Of a stretch of DNA of 38,033 nucleotides, positions 33,058-38,033 are shown piece after piece. The stretch lies in the NCBI RefSeq assembly GCF_004010195.1, contig NC_057718.1, positions 21,998,670 through 22,036,702 on the forward strand, in the 5' to 3' direction. Under the pieces are notes generated by a model. That model worked only from the letters and a program-made list of their open reading frames with translations, made no database searches and was not told the origin of the DNA. The position numbers and the translations under genes are program-made. The DNA comes from Chiloscyllium plagiosum (Eukaryota). The stretch's first letter is position 1, and each line of letters begins with the position of its first letter.

Positions 33058-36000
33058 ATGGCTAATTATTATTAGATATTATTAAATGATGTACCTGGAA
33101 CATCAAGGGAAATCATTCGCCTGTTAAAAGGCAAAAAAGTGCTTTCTAACCTTAAGAGGGAAAGGGTTAATATCACTTTGTTGCAGGAAATCCATCTTGA
33201 TGATGGGGAACACCTGAAATTGTTCAGGTGTTATGACCGGGTATTCTTTTCATCCTTTACCACTAAAAGGAGGGGAGTGGCAGTACTTATCCAGAAAAAT
33301 CTTCTGTTCACATTATTAGAAGAGCTGGAAGACGAGCTGGGACGGTTTGTGATACTTAAAGCCCTGATTCATGGAGAGGAATGTGGTATTTTAAGTGTCT
33401 ACTGTCCACTAGTGCATCCCCTCAAATTTTTGATTAGTGCTTTCTCTAAGCTGAGTGCTTTTGGAACATGGCACATTATTATAGGGGGGGAATTTAATTG
33501 TCTTTTGGATTTGACAGTGGACAGGATGCCTTGTGGGCCCCCAACTATTTCTTTGCAGGCCAAGCAGGTGGTTGACTTATGCAAGGAGTTGGGGCTGGTG
33601 GATATTTGGAGATGTCTTCAACCTACCGGCAGGGATTTCACCCTTTTTTCAAACCCACATAAATGTCACATGAGGATTGATCTTTCTCTGGCTCCCTCAG
33701 CCCTTCGAGATTTGATTATGGGTTGTAAAATTGGGAATATAGCTATCTCTGATCACGTGGCAATATATTTGAGGGTTAAGGCCAAGAGTGAGGGGCTAGG
33801 TTTGCAGCACTGGCATTTGGACCCTTTTCTCCTTAAGGATTCCAAATTTGTGGAATACTTTTTGAAGGAGTTTCAGGAATTCCTGACTATTAACTCAGGC
33901 ACGGCTAGTAGTCCGTCCATGCTATGGGAGACCGTGAAGGCATTTGCTCAGGGATTAGCTATTCCCTATTCAGCAAGCCAGAAACGACAGAAGGAGGAAC
34001 AGCAACGTCTACTTGAGACGCGGTTGAAAGCCGCTGAGGCAGCACATTTTGCACGGCCTTCGGTGATGAAGCTACAGTGGATCTCGGCCCTCTGGGCTGC
34101 CTTGAATTCAATACTGACACAAAACGCAAAGAAAGAACTTGCTTTTGCAAGACAAAGGCTGTTCAAATATGGGGATAGGCCAGGGAAGTATTTAGCGTAC
34201 CCGACTAGGAAAAAGCGTGCTCCCCAATCCATTACTGCAATCACCAGGTTCCTTACATACCATGCTAAAAAGATTAATGAAGCCTTTTGGAGCTTTTACA
34301 CTGAATTGTATCGATCTGAAGGTTGCAAGGACAGGAGGGCGAAAATGGAGGCCTTTTTTAAGAACCTGGACCTCCCAGGGATAACTTTGGAACAGGCCTC
34401 TCTCCTCAATGCTTCCTTGACAGTTCAGGAAATATAGGAGACAGCTAGGCAATTTCAGAGTGGGAAAGCGCCTGGCCCTGATGGTCTCCCGGGTGAGTTT
34501 TATGAGGAGTTTATAGGGATTCTGTCAGGGCCAATGTTGGAGATGTACAATCACTCATGTATGCATGAATGCCGACCACCATCTTTGAGAGAATCTAATA
34601 TTTCCTTACTTCTTAAGGAGGGGAAGGTTCCTGAGGATTGTGCCTCATACAGGCCCATCTCTCTATTAAATTCAGATTTCAAGATTCTGTCCAAGATCCT
34701 GGAGCTGAAATTGGAAAAGGTGTTGCTCCATATCATTAAAGAGGACCAAACAGGCTTTATAAGGGGCCGTAGGTCCTATAATAATATTAGAAGGTTGCTG
34801 AATATGGTCCAAGTTTGTCAGCAATGATCGATTCAGGGGTTGGTGATTTCCATAGATGCAGAGGAAGCATTTGACCAGGTGGAATGGCCGTATCTTTTTT
34901 ATGTCTTAGAACAGTTTGGGTTGGGTGGAGTCTTTGCTAGGTGGGTAGAGGTTTTATATCTCCACCCTCTGGCCATGGTCATCACCAACAGGGTGAAGTC
35001 TGGGAATTTTAGGATTGGTAGGGGTAGTCAACGAGGCTGCACCCTCTCACCTCTTTTTACGTTGGTGATAGAGCCACTGGCAGAGGCCATTCGTCAGAAT
35101 ATCCTTACAACCGCTCTGGATGTGGGATCGAGGGCACACAAGATTACACTGTATGCGGATGATGTCTTTCTGTTTTTGTCGAACCCGATGACCTCCGTAC
35201 CCCATTTGATACAATATATCAATACATTTGGGGCTACTTCAGGATTTAAGATTAACTATGCAAAATCGGAGGCTATGCCTTTGGGGAACCTTAAGGATGT
35301 GCCAGAAGTTGAAGGTGGCCCTAAGTTCCCTTTTAAGGGGTCACGGGGAGGGTTCCGATACCTAGGTATTTTTATTACCTCCAAGTTTGATCTGTTATTT
35401 CGGACTAACTTTGCTTATTTGTTCTACAATATTAGGCGAGATCTCCAGAGATGGGAGGCTCTTCCAATTTCATGGCTGGGCTGAATATCTCTCATTAAGA
35501 TGAATGTTCTTCCTCATTTGCTCCCTATAATGTTTCCCAGGTCAACGCTATGAAAGCTTATGGGATGGTTTGGTTCCTTTGTCTGGCATTGTGGGTGGCC
35601 CCTCATCAAACTTAATGAATTGCAGTTGCCTCAAGGAGGGGGAGGAGTTGATATCCCAGACATCAGGAGGTATCAATTGAGTTCCCTGCGTCCTTTGTGA
35701 TTGGGTAGGTAATGCTCTGCACTCAATATGGCTGGATATTGAAGCCTCCCAGGCAAAGTGCCCTCCTATTAACCTGCTGTTCATGGATAAGATGAGGACC
35801 GTTATGGACCACTACCGTAACCCCATTGTCATTAGTACAGTCAAGGCACAGAGGGCGATGCGTCAGAGTGAGGGCTGTTTATCCAAGACTTCTCCACTTA
35901 CACCTATAGTTGGCATGCCAGGGTTCCGACCAGGGATGATGGACTCAGGGTTCAAACTATGGGCAGTGAGAGGAGTTTCGAGTTGGGAGACTTGTTTGAG

Positions 36001-36822
36001 GGGGAGTTTTGATGTCTTTTGAGCAACTGAGCTGCAAATATGAGGTGCCCAGCAGAGATCTTTTCTGTTTTTTTTCAAGTTAGGGATTTCATCCAGAAGA
36101 AGACTACACTTGTCACTAAGCCATATAAGCCCAATACAGAGAGGTTGTTGCTACGCTCCACAAGCACCCTTTCGGTCAGTGCCCTCTGTCGCCTGCTGGG
36201 TGGCAGGGCCTGGCAGGATATTAACTGGTTATGTGAGCTCTGGGAGCAAGAGCTGAGAGTGGAGATCTCTTCTGAAACATGGGAGAACATATGGGAGAAT
36301 GTTCGAAAGATCTCAATCTGTAATAGGACATGCGCTATGCAGTTAAAAGTTCTGCACCGGGTTCATCTGGCACTAGACCGTCTGGCGAAGTTTAAAAAAG
36401 GGACATCTTCAGTGTGCCCCAAATGTAAAATAAGTGTAGGTACTCTTACACATTGCTTCTGGACTTGCCACACGCTCCGTGTTTATTGGAGCGCCATGGC
36501 GGGAGAGATAGGGAGGGTTTTGAGGACTGAAGTCAAAGTAGACCCGATATCTCTCTTAGGTCTACCGAATTTACCATCTTTAGACAGGCCTGGGAAGAAA
36601 CCATTGAATATTCTTACATACTGTGCACGGAAAAATATTCTGATGAACTGGGTGTCTGAGAACCTGCCAGGCTTGCTGAGAACCAATTATGGAGCACATT
36701 CCCTTGGACCTTTTACAAATATGGTGCACCACACAACAGACCATTTTTATAAGAGATAGCAGCCCTACTTGAGTTACTTGGATATCGATTTGTCAGTTAT
36801 CTTAAAAAGGGCATTTGTTTAA
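33058..36822 (+). pseudogene. L1 ORF2 (APE endonuclease, RT, C-terminal Cys motif), disrupted
   Basis: TWNIKG, LLQEIHL, IIIGGEFN, RID and ISDH endonuclease motifs; YRPISLLNSDFKIL, DQTGFI, YADD at 35152-35163; CPKC..HCFWTC; several stops and frameshifts. Confidence 0.95.
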
Positions 36823-37433
36823 CTAAGATGGTTAGATTTGTCAAGCCCTGGGCACTGGAGGGGTCTCCTAAGTTAATATGGGTATATATACAATGCTCCC
36901 ATTCATTTGTTTGGGAGCTTTGCGCCGAGCATAGCTATTCTGTAGTCTGTGTTTTGGGTTTTTTTGCTTTTCTTTCTTTTTTTGATCTATTAGTTATTTA
37001 CTTATTTATTGGTGTTGCTTTGCACAGTTTTAGGGTTTGTTTTGTATTATAGGGTAGGTTAGTAGATAGTAGACAGTAGTCGTATTATAATTTGTGGGTT
37101 TTTTTCTTTTTATTATACTGATATTTGTTATTGATTGTATTTTTCAATAATTTTATATGTTCGTAAAGTTAAAAAAATTGCTAATAAATATATTTACAAA
37201 AAAACCAGTTATTTTTAAACAAAACGGAATTTATTTACAAGATTACCAAATGAAACACAAACAAAAGAATAACTTAACCGATCCGCAAATGCAACAGATC
37301 ATCACAACTTAATGGTGCTGTTCCAAATACTTGCCACAATTCCCATAAACACCCCTTGACACAAAAGGTAAAACCAAACACAGGGTCCTACAGGAGAGAA
37401 GTCAGAGAGAGAGAGGACCAGCCTGGACCTGCT

Positions 37434-38033
37434 TAGAGTCATAGAGATGTCCAGCATGGAAACAGACCCTTCAGTCCAACCCGTCCAGGCCGACCAGATA
37501 TCCCAACCCAATCTAGTCCCACCTGCCAGCATCCGGCTCATAAACCTCCAAACCCTTCCTATTCATATACCCATCCCTTTTAAATGTTGCAATTGTACCA
37601 ACCTCCACCACTTCCTCTGGCAGCTCATTCCATACATGTAGCACCCTCTGTGTGAAAATGTTGCCCCTTAGGTCTCTTTTATATCTTTACCTCTCACTCT
37701 AAACCTATGCCCTCTAGTTCTGGACTCCCCGACCCCAGGGAAAAGACTTTGCCTATTTATCCTATCCATGCCCCTCATAATTTTGCAAACCTCTATAAGG
37801 TCACCCCTCAGCCTCTGACGCTCCAGAAAAAACAGCCCCAGCCTGTTCATCCTCTCCCTATAGCTTAAATCCTCCAAGCCTGGCAACATCCTTGTAAATC
37901 TTTTCTGAACCCTTTCAAGTTTCACAACATCTTTCCAATAGGAAGGAGACCAGAATTGCATGCAATATTCCAACAGTGGCCTAACCAATGTCTGTACAGC
38001 TGCAACATGACCTCCCAATGCCTGTACTAAATA
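37434..38033 (-). mobile_element. CR1 LINE 3' part, same subfamily as 1-1170, running off the window end
   Basis: LVRPLLEYCMQFWSP and LERVQKRFTRMLPGL; reverse-complement tail acatctctatgactcta. Confidence 0.95.

Larger units (their letters stand above)
31080..37201 (+). mobile_element. Full-length, inactivated L1-clade LINE (about 6.1 kb including a SINE insert)
   Basis: 15-bp TSD aaaccagttattttt at 31065-31079 and 37202-37216; GGG start; ORF1 and ORF2 remnants; AATAAA at 37184-37189 followed by an A-run. Confidence 0.95.

Noticed and set aside
33139..34437. 432-aa ORF as a possible domesticated endonuclease gene
   Set aside because: Part of a decaying L1 ORF2; a conserved catalytic motif is mutated (GEFN for GDFN) and it is flanked by stops and frameshifts

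Overview
Vertebrate genomic DNA, most likely a shark or other cartilaginous fish, judged from HE1-type SINEs, their partner CR1 LINEs and Deu-domain SINEs. The left two-thirds hold the 5' part of HEATR1 (UTP10/BAP28) on the minus strand: 13 coding exons with GT-AG boundaries and a continuous reading frame (20621 down to 1213, about 594 codons), plus a probable non-coding exon 1 and promoter near 25135-25440. The right part holds a full-length but decayed L1-clade LINE (31080-37201, 15-bp target-site duplication) nested in an LTR-like repeat. Three features stand out. (1) Several short, TSD-bounded fold-back insertions carry minimal hammerhead ribozyme cores of Penelope-like type, including a pair of intact ones beside the HEATR1 promoter. 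(2) An in-frame, retroposon-tail-like insertion lies inside HEATR1 coding exon 8. (3) A minisatellite of CTCF-like motifs sits at the promoter. All family assignments come from recalled sequence resemblance, not from database searches.
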